Program-made: the position numbers and the translations under genes
Virus genome (UHGV): UHGV-0192709
Length of the DNA stretch: 39,903 bases
Origin: a virus
Reading direction: 5' to 3' (one strand)
Notes under the pieces: model-generated
Seen by the model: only the letters and a program-made list of their open reading frames with translations
What the model was told of the DNA's origin: nothing
Database searches by the model: none
Shown here: in pieces, positions 21,401 through 28,421 of the stretch
Position numbering within the stretch: position 1 is the first letter of the stretch
Layout of the letters: every line of letters begins with the position of its first letter

Positions 21401-22549
21401 ATGCGCGGGCAAACAATTGCGGCCAAGATGATCACAGCCTTTATGGCGGAGCCCACGGTATCCTTCAACCTGCTGGCGGACGCGATAATGCACATGGGGG
21501 ATACGACCTATCAGGGGCGCGTGACGGTGAAGCGGGCGGCGGCGGCATACACGGCCAACGTGATTTTAAACGCCATGCTAAAGGCGCTGATAACGGGCTT
21601 CCGGAAGGACGACGACAACGAGAAAACGGCGGTGGAGCGGTATGTGGCCGAGGTGGCGGAAAACATCATGAGCGATATGAACCCGCTGACGCTGATTCCC
21701 TTGGTGCAGGACGCAGTGAACATCTTCCAGGGCTACGACGTGAAGCGGACGGATATGACCGTGGTTTCCGACCTATACGAAGGCGTAAAAACGCTGTTTG
21801 ACGAAAACAAGAGCCTGGAGCAGAAGGTGGAAAAAGGGCTGGGCGGCATTGCGGCCATTTTCGGCGTGCCGCTGCGGAACATTGCGCGGGACGCGCGGAC
21901 GCTTATGAACCTGTTTAACAGCAGGCCCATCAGCGAAACGGACGCTTCGGCCATTCGCTACGGCGTGCTGGAGGGGATCCCGGGCATGCCGGGCATCTTT
22001 ACCCCCTACGAGAGCAAGAACGCGGCCTACTATCAGCGCATGGCCAACGCATACTTTGCCGACGACGCAGCGGAATACGAGAACCTGCGCCGCTATATGA
22101 CCACCCGCAAGGGGGCCACGGAGAACGCCGTGAGCACGGGCGCGCGAAACGCGGTGAAGGGCATGCTGCTGGCGGGGAAGATCGACGAAGACCAGGCCCT
22201 GCAATACCTGATGGACATGGACGAAAAGAGCGCTTCGGACGCTTACTGGATGATTCAGGAATGGATGGGCGGGGACGATTACTCAAAATACGACGACTTT
22301 TACGAAGCCGTGAACACGGGCAAGGGATTGCAGGCGGCCATTCAGAGCTATACGGAAAACGGCGTGGAGAAAAAGACGCTGGCCTCCCGGATTACGGCGG
22401 AATACAAGGAGGAGTATATTCGCCTGTACAAGGCGGACAAGCGGAAATTCGCCGAATTGCAGGCGCGGCTGCTGACGGCCTACGCGGCGCTGGGATACGA
22501 CCGGGAGAAGAAGAAAAAGGACATGGAGGCATGGCTGAAGGAGAAATAA
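12473..22549 (+). CDS. Giant (3358 aa) polyvalent/ejected virion protein with zincin-like HExxH, putative nuclease and ART-like modules
   Basis: Uninterrupted ORF; SHELYH...EEIVGD at aa ~1074; modules bounded by KYSI/KFSL/KFSV; low-GC insert at about 16690-17040. Confidence 0.85.
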   Translation: MKSYFREAMKQNLERDAKEKKAQQSNQASAPRTKRNLVAPFKTDYLNQKYKDAVADLGQYTSPRNAIEEAYKAVSTMRDTVFAYDGAAREKDAKAAILAGEKQMNKSLRESRTRFQLEGKSYGEMIALAKSKGYRDARENLQDMARRGLVSDQQAAMAIASGDEGGTEAERHVQRWADALKSYKGNAQDYFSIYQDPAKAMQALRDDKTMRAMTFEQQDILTELLQESGALDSFDTAEQEKLAADYAAREMTYMQEAMRSLQNQEEWQDIIDYGRKNTLEGAREWAESEPESQEAKNNLYFAEKKAEYDAIAPGEDDYDANNGDGLYQYINGNKQIIDEANSVLGMPGGIDPWYKYRYMTDDQVRKYNAIVKQKGLAEGKKYLDEYLSYSLNERQNEEAKRAMYDAAQSGTAGAVMASAASVPMSLARGLGYADVLLQKLTNRLTGSERPVDYNRSMNQIGAGADAARQGVMDSVDWNINVLGRDVDVFDFLYGTAMSGADSLAAGAFGPALGAVILGSSAAQSTMQDVHERGGNDGQALVSGLAAGIFEELFEKVSLGNLFADLGSMNKEGLKGALKMIARETGVNFSEEFFTEVANVAFDEIYMGDLSEATKKYEYYRSLGLTDEQASAKMASDIGAQFLEAGLGGAVMGAGFGAMGAVNATRNNSKVTKQAGDNIIQAGTRERLKKIASAFGEDSEAGRLAKTYNAETAESKETGKLFRAVLEEMPQGEQRTVKFREDMMGLVAAEVAERLLELGENEGDAAEAAMAVTALWANAELEAADYLALSRSDHAIELAEQLLGMEAADASQSAESAANAEQDAWDAEQDITTEAQAGENAADAAARELEAEGPDRRTEKREAHARISLDDEGGVKIQENGREIDLDESAMTDSQKTLVLDSQGMQPETAAAMRGAYAEGGDVSAHEYGIGFKRAVEAYKRGETPTGVYAGALTETQLEAARAAAEGENARAREQTLQAAQETAQALGLRALTEETKNEAGAVIASAKGRPDEFQAAQIKLVDRVAKELGVQVRLYDTLKSPGGAKANASYAQGTNIINLALDADKGLLTKAVSHELYHFAKEWNAEGAERLSALVLGTLEGKEGYDLKARIQEKIAEYEEGGVILTEAAALEEIVGDGLLDYIGTEENFSALAKADRSLAERIKSWVSEMAGRIRRLMGELTGKEAEALRDDLSYLEARDKMMQGVLQKAAENLRDAQRGMYGSAKTDTAVKEYQAEMRNAMNAQEREEALNGLVSKMMARTQRAYFAAHPEADLTATMEKMKRGLLAYGQGKTDVETALKKEGLSAPRAGTHTMYVMSYIGQQAALLKEKGQKYSIETFEKNGRTFSYVKAERQVITGDDPQAWGKQVENYINSEIRKGKDVTFYTENGVPLTVTKDTAGKATYWNTDQSGNRVSEKEYGIKLRIESHIDEAAQVSKGKGNQKIDKKSHSFANNGWNYRKAFFEDFDGNYYSFKISVGKNGKINTIYNVNNIKKEAESPNTLKGAQPKKTTVGLTASTYSISEDSENVNGKFSLSSEVEEQKNLIAVHNLTEEKLEKALELGGFPMPSIAITKASMGHQNFGDISLVFGRETIDPKQNRKNLAYSADAWTPTFPQLDYKIDDAKERALVDWARKLEIPQKYRNGAVSFVSDLEDQAMRYGGESGLVKAAEDKPGMQAAYLAEKGETIEIEKRTQAKESGFSPETVEKAKRVIDLMGGDVQTVRKMPFNQIWDEYGEQLKEIFPSLQKGRFNLQRIMSIAVRAAEYAGSGTETVQVDDYAATERKMREKIDQADFRAWLEEKLKGVIAGKGVYNNREIFTASGNRRSFDQLHWEPTLENIAKAMAGQRAGNSKNVTGFHGVKTLRAATAETFKSVEQMHARENRLQAMTQEQQDALAERLSDRLMNLMGKILEQGKQTSGNSLMDMDTVGEILTEIGEKAYTEESIQRDFAKYSRPIDQATAGEIKALLDEISQMPVNMFEAKPERAVGFNEVRAAIVPDSANQEIVDALEGYGVEVIRYAEGNEEQRLEALNSMDALKFSVAEEQNGQTQLPDVTEDAELSAQAAGDEDMRAALMLVQRLYDTARNGEGYLELNGRGAIQAGDWQKRVEGIRDRLLSETGSGYGKGALTRRLNTLFAAMDEGTQSVGDLLMYARETGKKLLENADWAKGVQDEATAEALRILKTNKFYLTEDMKSEIRGTFGSVQNFMRKNFGKLAIRVKAENGNAGANVSLAEVWTKSLSDLMPGTFTADATEADMPIILNAWLETVQGRENSNYYGNNIPQMETDIGLQLMLDYYNLPGALKAPKQNEYLIKEYEARIKKIRKEYKKKREKELIARRDIEIEKKTLGEISRNVKYLNTRIVNASDARHVPDALKGAVTRFMDSFLNDTSVFDRERLRELRDAYARMRETGVNEDSQAAWAYDDDIKNMLERMEKTIAGRGLSQLTQDELEMVRDVVGNLKKMVVEGNEITINGRKQTVDHAGNMALTELKRKDNIKNEKLTNTIYKTTTPFYFFKNLGGEFKTLFDDMRKGQGKWSGMMGKAKEYLDAQLKEHHVNDWLWTGDNLVFTTDRGEKIELDKGLAMALYATWKRETLNKAQNANHLRMGGFMYPKWAQEKIKTQGVDVNRPHALTAGDMAKIEGYLGKSGIGFVDGMVKYLSNDMAQAGNEVSMALFGYRKFTEGYYFPYASSREYIATDVTRGPGGESQEKTLKSWGAAKKLTERANNPIMIDSFIDVWAKHVNQMATYSSFTVAMDNMNRLYNYKTGVMEDATPESVRVELKRAFGEGAEKYIANLMKDIAGGMRPDERAGMGKTLSLFKKGAVSASASVAIQQHSAIMRAMALISPKYFVDAPKNPMKSWRELTEYSGVARVKEMGRFDTMTGQSSTEWLTSDVKDESAWKRAADFADNLAGWAPEKADQVTWGKLWETVKKEQEAAGVDITTKEGLQKCGERFDEVADATQVYDSVLSKSEIMRGQTIAAKMITAFMAEPTVSFNLLADAIMHMGDTTYQGRVTVKRAAAAYTANVILNAMLKALITGFRKDDDNEKTAVERYVAEVAENIMSDMNPLTLIPLVQDAVNIFQGYDVKRTDMTVVSDLYEGVKTLFDENKSLEQKVEKGLGGIAAIFGVPLRNIARDARTLMNLFNSRPISETDASAIRYGVLEGIPGMPGIFTPYESKNAAYYQRMANAYFADDAAEYENLRRYMTTRKGATENAVSTGARNAVKGMLLAGKIDEDQALQYLMDMDEKSASDAYWMIQEWMGGDDYSKYDDFYEAVNTGKGLQAAIQSYTENGVEKKTLASRITAEYKEEYIRLYKADKRKFAELQARLLTAYAALGYDREKKKKDMEAWLKEK
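16951..17026 (-). ncRNA. Putative 76-nt structured antisense RNA nested in the giant gene
   Basis: Has its own promoter; 5' GAAGCAG pairs with 3' CUGCUUC followed by U7; the internal hairpins need G-U pairs available only on the minus strand. Confidence 0.6.
17033..17061 (-). promoter_or_regulatory. Intragenic antisense promoter TTGACA-17-TATACT
   Basis: Plus strand AGTATA at 17033-17038 and TGTCAA at 17056-17061, with an exact 17-bp spacer. Confidence 0.75.
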
Positions 22550-22552
22550 GCG

Positions 22553-22591
22553 AAAGGGGGGCCAGACAAGGCCCTCTTTTTTTGATTTAAT
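22553..22591 (+). promoter_or_regulatory. Terminator hairpin plus late promoter motif upstream of the tail fibre/lysis genes
   Basis: GGGGGGCCAGACAAGGCCCTCTTTTTTTGATTTAAT; CAGACA-17-TTTAAT with TGn. Confidence 0.7.
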
Positions 22592-22613
22592 AAAGGGGAA
22601 GGAGGTGGAGGGC

Positions 22614-24632
22614 ATGGCGCAGATGCCGGAAATCGGGGCGAAGAAATACGCGGGGAACGACCCCGCCATGAAGCAGGTGTGGAATTACATTTACCAGCTG
22701 GAGGAGCAGCTGCGCTATGCCTTTAACCACATTGGCGCGGACAACATTGAAGAAGGGGCCGTGACGGGGAAGCACATCGAGGCGGAAACCATCACGGCGG
22801 ACAGGCTATCGGCCAGCGCGGGAAACGACCTGAATATCACCGGCAACCGGGCCGTTTTGCTGACGGCGAAAAAGCAAAGCGAGGCGGACGGGAAAATATC
22901 GCAGCTGCGCGTGGATACGGATTCGATCGCAGGCCGGGTGAGCGACGCGGAGGGGAACATCAGCCAGATCAGGCAGACGGCGGAGGGCCTGGAAAGCCGG
23001 GTGACCAGCGCGGAAACCAGCATCACGCAAAACGCGGAGCAGATTGCGCTGCGGGCCACGAAAACGGAGGTGACGACGGCGGTTGCTGGGGTGCAGGAGG
23101 GCGTGGACGCGAACGCGGACGCGATCGGCGCTTTGCAGACGCGCACGACGAATGCGGAAACCAGCATTACGCAAAACGCGGAGCAGATCGCGCTGCGGGC
23201 CACGAAAACGGAGGTAACGACGGCGGTTGCTGGCGTGCAGGAGGGCGTGGACGCGAATGCGGACGCGATCGGCACTTTGCAGACGCGCACGACGGCGGCG
23301 GAAACGCAGATCGCCCAGAACGCGACGGAAATCAGCCTCCGGGCCACGAAAACGGAGCTGGACGGCCTGCAGATCGGCGGCGTGAACCTGATGCTGGATA
23401 CCAAGGCCTACGGCGGGAATGGCGGGGCGAATTACACCGTTTCGGGCGCGCTGCAAACGGAAACCTATAACGGCTTCGCCGTGCGGCGCGGGGAAAACAC
23501 CTCGGACGCAAACGCGCTGCAATTCAAGCTGGCCTACGCCTTCCAGCCGGGCGAGAGCTATACCCTGTCTTTTTGGGCCAAGGGCTCGGGCGCGGCCCAG
23601 GCGCTGATTACGGGCTACACGTACCCCTGCACCTCTGTTTCCAGCGAGGGCACGGCAGGCACGGACGCAGGCGGGGCCAATACCTTTAACGTAACCAGCG
23701 ACTGGAAGCGCTATTGGGTCACCTTTACCATGGGTGCTTGGGCGACCGTGCCCACCGGCAAGGAACTTTGGCTGCGGGCGCGAAACAGCACAAGCGGCCG
23801 GGTGCTGGACGTGTGCGGGCTGAAGCTGGAGCGCGGCTCCCGGGCCACGGACTGGAGCCCAGCGCCCGAAGACCCGGCCCGCAGCGTGAAAACCAGCAGT
23901 GTGACGGTGAACGAGTCGGGCATCTGGCTGGATTCCACGGGGGAAATCTCCCTGGCGGCGGGGGGCAAAATCAACATCCAGAGCGGCGCGGACGAGGGGA
24001 ACCAGATTCTTTTAGGCGATCTATTCTCCGCCACCGATCAGGGGGGCGTGACGGGCAAGACGGCCAATTTCGGCAGCCTGCTGGTGGGGGGAAACCCTGC
24101 GGCGGCGCTGGGGGGCAACATTGTGGTGGCCTCGGCCCAGCCCAGCGGCAACGGCATTTTGTGGCTGAAGCCCAACAGCGTTGCCACCGTGCAATACCAG
24201 CGGGCCACGCCCAGCACCCGCAGCTGGTGGCTGGAGGGCACGCGGGTGATTGAATCCATCGCGGCGAAAACCACGGATGTATTGCCCGGGGGCACCATTC
24301 ATTACAAGCTGACGCTGCCCCTGTACGCGCTTTCGCGGCTGGAGGGCGTGGTGGTGGCGCCCAAGCTGAGCAAATCGGGGATTTCGGGGGAGGTGGCGCT
24401 GGGGGCGCAGACCATCAGCATTTTAGGGCTCAACGTGCTGACCCTGGAGGGGGAAAGCGCAATCAACCTGGGGGCGGCCCCGGGCACGCCCATCACCCTG
24501 ACCCTCGACGTTACCAACGGCGACGGTCAGAAGCTCTTCGTACAGTCGGACACCACCATTCAGCTGGAGATCAGCAACCGCACCGTGGCGGCCGGCGGCG
24601 TGCAGGCCCTGGAGGCGTACTGGATACCGTGA
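22614..24632 (+). CDS. Tail fibre / receptor-binding protein with coiled-coil repeats and a carbohydrate-binding-like domain
   Basis: GGAGG RBS; ITQNAEQIALRATK repeats; IGGVNL...YTLSFWAKG...WKRYWVTF...KLERGSRATDWSPAPED pattern. Confidence 0.8.
   Translation: MAQMPEIGAKKYAGNDPAMKQVWNYIYQLEEQLRYAFNHIGADNIEEGAVTGKHIEAETITADRLSASAGNDLNITGNRAVLLTAKKQSEADGKISQLRVDTDSIAGRVSDAEGNISQIRQTAEGLESRVTSAETSITQNAEQIALRATKTEVTTAVAGVQEGVDANADAIGALQTRTTNAETSITQNAEQIALRATKTEVTTAVAGVQEGVDANADAIGTLQTRTTAAETQIAQNATEISLRATKTELDGLQIGGVNLMLDTKAYGGNGGANYTVSGALQTETYNGFAVRRGENTSDANALQFKLAYAFQPGESYTLSFWAKGSGAAQALITGYTYPCTSVSSEGTAGTDAGGANTFNVTSDWKRYWVTFTMGAWATVPTGKELWLRARNSTSGRVLDVCGLKLERGSRATDWSPAPEDPARSVKTSSVTVNESGIWLDSTGEISLAAGGKINIQSGADEGNQILLGDLFSATDQGGVTGKTANFGSLLVGGNPAAALGGNIVVASAQPSGNGILWLKPNSVATVQYQRATPSTRSWWLEGTRVIESIAAKTTDVLPGGTIHYKLTLPLYALSRLEGVVVAPKLSKSGISGEVALGAQTISILGLNVLTLEGESAINLGAAPGTPITLTLDVTNGDGQKLFVQSDTTIQLEISNRTVAAGGVQALEAYWIP
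23010..23360 (+). repeat. 144-bp (48-aa) tandem repeat, about 2.4 copies
   Basis: GCGGAAAC unit starts at 23010, 23154 and 23298; the first two copies are nearly identical. Confidence 0.9.
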
Positions 24633-24655
24633 GGGGGAGGAGAACGGAAGGATTT

Positions 24656-24696
24656 GCGGGAGGAGGTTCTTTGTAGGACAAAGAACCCCCTCCCGC
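24656..24696. repeat. 19-bp-arm palindrome (REP-like hairpin)
   Basis: GCGGGAGGAGGTTCTTTGT-AGG-ACAAAGAACCCCCTCCCGC, 18 of 19 positions paired. Confidence 0.8.
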
Positions 24697-24830
24697 GCCC
24701 TCCCAAGAAAGCCGAATGGGTAAGGGCAGGAAGAAAGAAAACGGCGGGATTCTCCGCCAACAGAACAGAAAAAATCTGCGAACGCAGAACTGAATTCCGC
24801 GAACGCAGAAAAAGTGAAAGGGGAATGAAC

Positions 24831-25307
24831 ATGGCAATTGCAAAGAGCATCCTGGAGAACGTCATCAAAAGCGGGAAATTTGATCTGGCCCGGGCCACGG
24901 AGCTGATCGAGACGGGGTACGCGGAGGGCGCGTATACCGCAGAAGAGCGGGCGGCGCTGCTGGCGCTGCGGAATCAGCATCTCACCGCCGAAAACCAGCG
25001 GCCCGATGTGCTGGAGGCCATGGCGCGGCTGGAGGCGGCCATGACCGGGCGCTTGACGGCGCTGGAGGGCCGGGTGGCGGCGCTGGAGAGCGGCGGCGCA
25101 GGCGGAGCGGGCGGCGATACGCCCGCAGAAACGATTCCGGCCTGGCACGCCTGGACGGGGATCCCGGGCAGCGGCTATCAAAAGGGCGACCGGGTGACGC
25201 ACCACGGAAAAATCTGGGAGAGCGCCTATGAGGGCGAAAACGTATGGGAGCCGGACACCTTCGGCGCGGAAGCGCTGTGGATAGAAGTGACGGGAGCGAC
25301 GGCGTAA
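24831..25307 (+). CDS. Tail-associated protein with a C-terminal CBM5/12-like domain
   Basis: W....GYQKGDRVTHHGKIWES....NVWEP.....LW motif; GAAAGGGG RBS. Confidence 0.75.
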   Translation: MAIAKSILENVIKSGKFDLARATELIETGYAEGAYTAEERAALLALRNQHLTAENQRPDVLEAMARLEAAMTGRLTALEGRVAALESGGAGGAGGDTPAETIPAWHAWTGIPGSGYQKGDRVTHHGKIWESAYEGENVWEPDTFGAEALWIEVTGATA

Positions 25308-25327
25308 AAAAAGGGGGGTGACGCGCC

Positions 25328-26284
25328 GTGCTGGAGATCAACGCGGCATTTGGCCAGGAGGGCCAAAACCTGGGCCTGGTGGGGCGCACGGGAGAAAACG
25401 CATCCCGGAGCATTGTATTCGACTGCGAGGCCGTGCTGGGTGAATTTCCCGGCGCGGGGATCGTCTGCGCCCTGCGCCGGGCCTGCGACGCGGAGGCCTA
25501 CGCCAAGGAACTGACGGCGGAGGGCAAAAAGCGGATGCTGACGCTTTCCGCCGCCGACGTGGCCGCGCCGGGGAGCCTGATGATCGAGCTGCGTGCGGTG
25601 GAGGCGGACGCGATCCGCAAATCCGCCGTATACGTAGGGCGCATCGAGCGCGGCCTGTCCGGTCAGGGGGACGCGCCGGGGAACCCGGTGGCGGATACCA
25701 TCAACAACCTGGAGGCGCGGGCAAAGGAGGCCAGCGCGGCCGCTTCTGCCGCCCAGGCCGTGGCCGATGATGTAAAGGCAAGGCTGGAGGCCGGGGAATT
25801 CAAGGGCGATAAGGGCGACCCGGGCAAGGACGGCAGCGACGCGAACGTCACGGCAGAAAATATCCAATCCGCGCTGGGATACGCGCCCGTCAAGGACGTG
25901 CAATTAGCTGGAAAAAGCGTGCTGGCAAATGGGGTGGCGGTTATCCCATCCGCAAGCGAAGCAGCGGCGGGGGTTGTACGACCTTATAGCTGGGATGGCA
26001 CAAAAATTGACAGCGCTGGCCGGATTGGACTTTTTAAGGCAACGCAAACGCACATCGATAATCGGGTATCCTCCACAGCCATTGCACCGACTAACATCGA
26101 CTACGCCGTCACAGCCGCCATGTGCGACGGTAAAGGCCCGGCCTGGACGGCGGCGCAGCAGGCAGCGGCGCGGGAGCGGATGGGGATTGCGGACAGCGCC
26201 GTTGCGCTTGAGCAGAGCGCGGCTGAAAGGTTGTCAGCGCTGGAGGCCCAAGTAGCGGCGCTGCTGGCGCAGAAGGGGGGATAA
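25328..26284 (+). CDS. Baseplate/fibre-like protein (BppU-like N-terminus, short collagen-like stretch)
   Basis: LVGRTGENASRSIVFD N-terminus; GEFKGDKGDPGKDG; VTAENIQSALGYAP. Confidence 0.7.
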   Translation: MLEINAAFGQEGQNLGLVGRTGENASRSIVFDCEAVLGEFPGAGIVCALRRACDAEAYAKELTAEGKKRMLTLSAADVAAPGSLMIELRAVEADAIRKSAVYVGRIERGLSGQGDAPGNPVADTINNLEARAKEASAAASAAQAVADDVKARLEAGEFKGDKGDPGKDGSDANVTAENIQSALGYAPVKDVQLAGKSVLANGVAVIPSASEAAAGVVRPYSWDGTKIDSAGRIGLFKATQTHIDNRVSSTAIAPTNIDYAVTAAMCDGKGPAWTAAQQAAARERMGIADSAVALEQSAAERLSALEAQVAALLAQKGG

Positions 26285-26286
26285 AC

Positions 26287-27270
26287 GTGGACAAGGCGGA
26301 AAAGGCCCGGGAATGGGCGCTTTCCCGGGTGGGGTGCCCTTACATTATGGGCGGAACGGGGCAATTTTGCACGGTGGCCTATCGCAAGGCCCGGGCGGCG
26401 CAATACACGGGCAGCGCGGCGAAAATACGGGAGAACTGCCAGCGCATGCAAGGCAGCGCAACCAGCTGCAGGGGCTGCCGCTGGTATGACGACACGGCGG
26501 GCACGGGCAAGCGGGCCTACGACTGCGCCCAGCTTACCCGCTGGTGCATGGACGCGGTGAGAATTAAGCTGGTATCCGGGGCCACCAGCCAATGGACGCG
26601 CACGGCCTGGGCGGAAAAGGGCGAAATTGACAGCCTGCCCGGAGAAAAGCTCTGCCTGGTATTCCGCCAGGACGCGCCCGGGAAAATGGGCCATGTGGGG
26701 CTGTATCTGGGGGACGGCACGGTGGTGCACGCAAAGGGGCACGCCTGGGGGGTGATCCGGCAGAAGCTGGGCGAGGCCAGGTTTACCCATTGGGGCGTTC
26801 CGGCGGGCCTGTACGCCGCCCAGGAAGGCCGGAACGAGGGCCAGGAGGGCGAGAACCAGGGAAAGGAGGGAAATACCTTGCCAGACGAAAACGCGGAAAA
26901 CGGAGCCAATGCGGGCCAAAGCGCGGCACTGCGCCGGGGCGATAAGGGCGAGGCCGTGCGGGCGCTGCAAACGCGGCTGCTGAGTATCGGCCTGAACCTG
27001 TACCAATACGGCGCGGACGGGAGCTTTGGCGCGGAGACGGAGGCCGCCGTGCGGGCGCTGCAGGCGGGGGCCGGGCTGGACGAAACGGGGGTAATGGACG
27101 CGGCGGCCTGGGCGGCGCTGGACACGGCGGAGGCGGTGAAGCGGCAGCGTGCGGAAACGCGGGCGTGCCTGAACGCCATGGAGCGGGAGATCAACAACGC
27201 CCGGGCGGCATTGCAGACGGCCCAGGAGAGCCTGGACAAGCTGGCGGCGGCGATGGACAGCGCAATATAA
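26287..27270 (+). CDS. Endolysin: NlpC/P60 peptidase plus peptidoglycan-binding domain
   Basis: GCPYIMG, YDCAQL (catalytic Cys), HVGLYLGDG..VHA; LRRGDKGEAVRALQ..L...GADGSFGAETEAAVRALQ. Confidence 0.9.
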   Translation: MDKAEKAREWALSRVGCPYIMGGTGQFCTVAYRKARAAQYTGSAAKIRENCQRMQGSATSCRGCRWYDDTAGTGKRAYDCAQLTRWCMDAVRIKLVSGATSQWTRTAWAEKGEIDSLPGEKLCLVFRQDAPGKMGHVGLYLGDGTVVHAKGHAWGVIRQKLGEARFTHWGVPAGLYAAQEGRNEGQEGENQGKEGNTLPDENAENGANAGQSAALRRGDKGEAVRALQTRLLSIGLNLYQYGADGSFGAETEAAVRALQAGAGLDETGVMDAAAWAALDTAEAVKRQRAETRACLNAMEREINNARAALQTAQESLDKLAAAMDSAI

Positions 27271-27291
27271 AAACGGAAGGATAAAAAACGA

Positions 27292-27675
27292 ATGGAAGGG
27301 ATTACTTTCGAGGGGGTAGCGGCGGCGGTGGGCGTGGTGATCGCCTTTTGCGGGCTGCTGGTGACGATCACAAAGACGGTGGACGCGGTGCGCTCCTGGC
27401 GCGCGCCCCAGGAAAAGCGGGACGCGGAGCAGGGAGCGGCAATCGCCAAAAACAAGGAAAAGCTGCGAAACGACATGGCCAGACTGGACGAGCACGACCG
27501 GGCCATCGACGGCCTTTGCGCCGGGCAGACGCACCTGTGCGCGGGCGTGCGGGCGCTGCTGGATCACGCATTGCACAACGGAAACGCAGACCAAATGAAG
27601 GCGGCAAGCGAAGCCATTAACGCCTGGCTAATCGAGACGGCGGCGGGAAGAAACCGGCAAAAGAAAGGGGAATGA
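27292..27675 (+). CDS. Single-TM lysis-cassette membrane protein (holin/antiholin-like)
   Basis: N-terminal hydrophobic helix followed by a coiled coil; lies between endolysin and holin. Confidence 0.7.
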   Translation: MEGITFEGVAAAVGVVIAFCGLLVTITKTVDAVRSWRAPQEKRDAEQGAAIAKNKEKLRNDMARLDEHDRAIDGLCAGQTHLCAGVRALLDHALHNGNADQMKAASEAINAWLIETAAGRNRQKKGE

Positions 27676-27677
27676 AT

Positions 27678-27992
27678 ATGAAGATCGATTGGAAACGAAA
27701 ACTCACCTCGAGGAAGTTTTGGACGGCCATTGCTGGCTTTGTGGCCATGATGATTACGGCCTTCGGCGGCGCGGAGGAAACCGCTACGCAGATCACGGCG
27801 CTGATTATGGCGGGGGCCGCCGTGGTGGCCTATATCATCGGCGAGGGCCTGGCGGACGCGGCCAACGCCGGAAAAACGGAAGAGGATGCACCGGAAAACA
27901 CATCCTCCGTGAAAGTGACCAAGGAAGGGATTGAATTAAACTCTCCCCGCGTGACCCTATATTCCGCGACGGAAGATCCGCCCGAAGAGTAA
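27678..27992 (+). CDS. Holin
   Basis: IDWKRKLTSRKFW, two TM helices, YIIGEGLADA motif. Confidence 0.85.
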   Translation: MKIDWKRKLTSRKFWTAIAGFVAMMITAFGGAEETATQITALIMAGAAVVAYIIGEGLADAANAGKTEEDAPENTSSVKVTKEGIELNSPRVTLYSATEDPPEE

Positions 27993-28006
27993 GGCGGTGA
28001 CGCTGC

Positions 28007-28204
28007 ATGCGGTTTAACGGCATCCCCAAGAGCCGCATCGATGCGGCGGACGCGGAATTTGTGCTGACCGACGACGAGCGCGACGTGCTTGCCCTCTCCC
28101 GGCGCGGGAAGAGCGTGGTTGCAATCAGCATGGCGCTGGGCATGGGTGAAAGAACCGTCAAGCGCCACCGGGCCAGCGTGGCGCGAAAACTCAATAACCT
28201 GTAG
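28007..28204 (+). CDS. Stand-alone LuxR/GerE-type HTH regulator
   Basis: LTDDERDVL.L...GKS...I...LGMGERTVKRH...V.RKL. Confidence 0.82.
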   Translation: MRFNGIPKSRIDAADAEFVLTDDERDVLALSRRGKSVVAISMALGMGERTVKRHRASVARKLNNL

Positions 28205-28226
28205 CCCCCGAATGGGGGCTTTTTTT
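28204..28226 (+). terminator. Rho-independent terminator ending the late/lysis operon
   Basis: GCCCCC-GAAT-GGGGGC followed by a T-run. Confidence 0.85.
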
Positions 28227-28253
28227 GATGCAAAGATTTTTTTAAAATAGGGA

Positions 28254-28282
28254 TTGACAAACCGGCTGCGGAATGATAAGAT
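28254..28282 (+). promoter_or_regulatory. Sigma70 promoter TTGACA-17-TAAGAT with extended -10 TG
   Basis: TTGACA 28254-28259, TAAGAT 28277-28282, AT-rich upstream tract. Confidence 0.75.
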
Positions 28283-28287
28283 AAATA

Positions 28288-28384
28288 CGTCGGCGGGGCA
28301 ACCTGCTGTTGTCAGCGGGGAAACCCGCTGTGGATTGAAAAGAAAATGCCCGGAAAACAGAAAAGCCCATCAAAGGGCTTTTTT
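28288..28384 (+). ncRNA. Putative ~95-nt small RNA or leader with twin GNRA hairpins and a terminator
   Basis: CGGCGGG-GCAA-CCUGCUG and CAGCGGG-GAAA-CCCGCUG; terminator AAAAGCCC/GGGCUUUUUU. Confidence 0.55.
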
Positions 28385-28421
28385 GTGTAATGCAATAATC
28401 GATCTGGGAGGGCATGCGGAA

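Noticed and set aside
22614..24830. Diversity-generating retroelement targeting the tail fibre or the terminal paralogues
   Set aside because: No reverse transcriptase and no TR/VR pair with adenine-only differences was seen. The unassembled segment cannot be checked.
28254..28421. N-terminal extension of the multi-HTH ORF from TTG 28254 (likewise the track starts at 2296, 6294, 9181 and 24654)
   Set aside because: These extensions run through promoters, terminators or upstream genes; downstream ATGs have proper RBSs.
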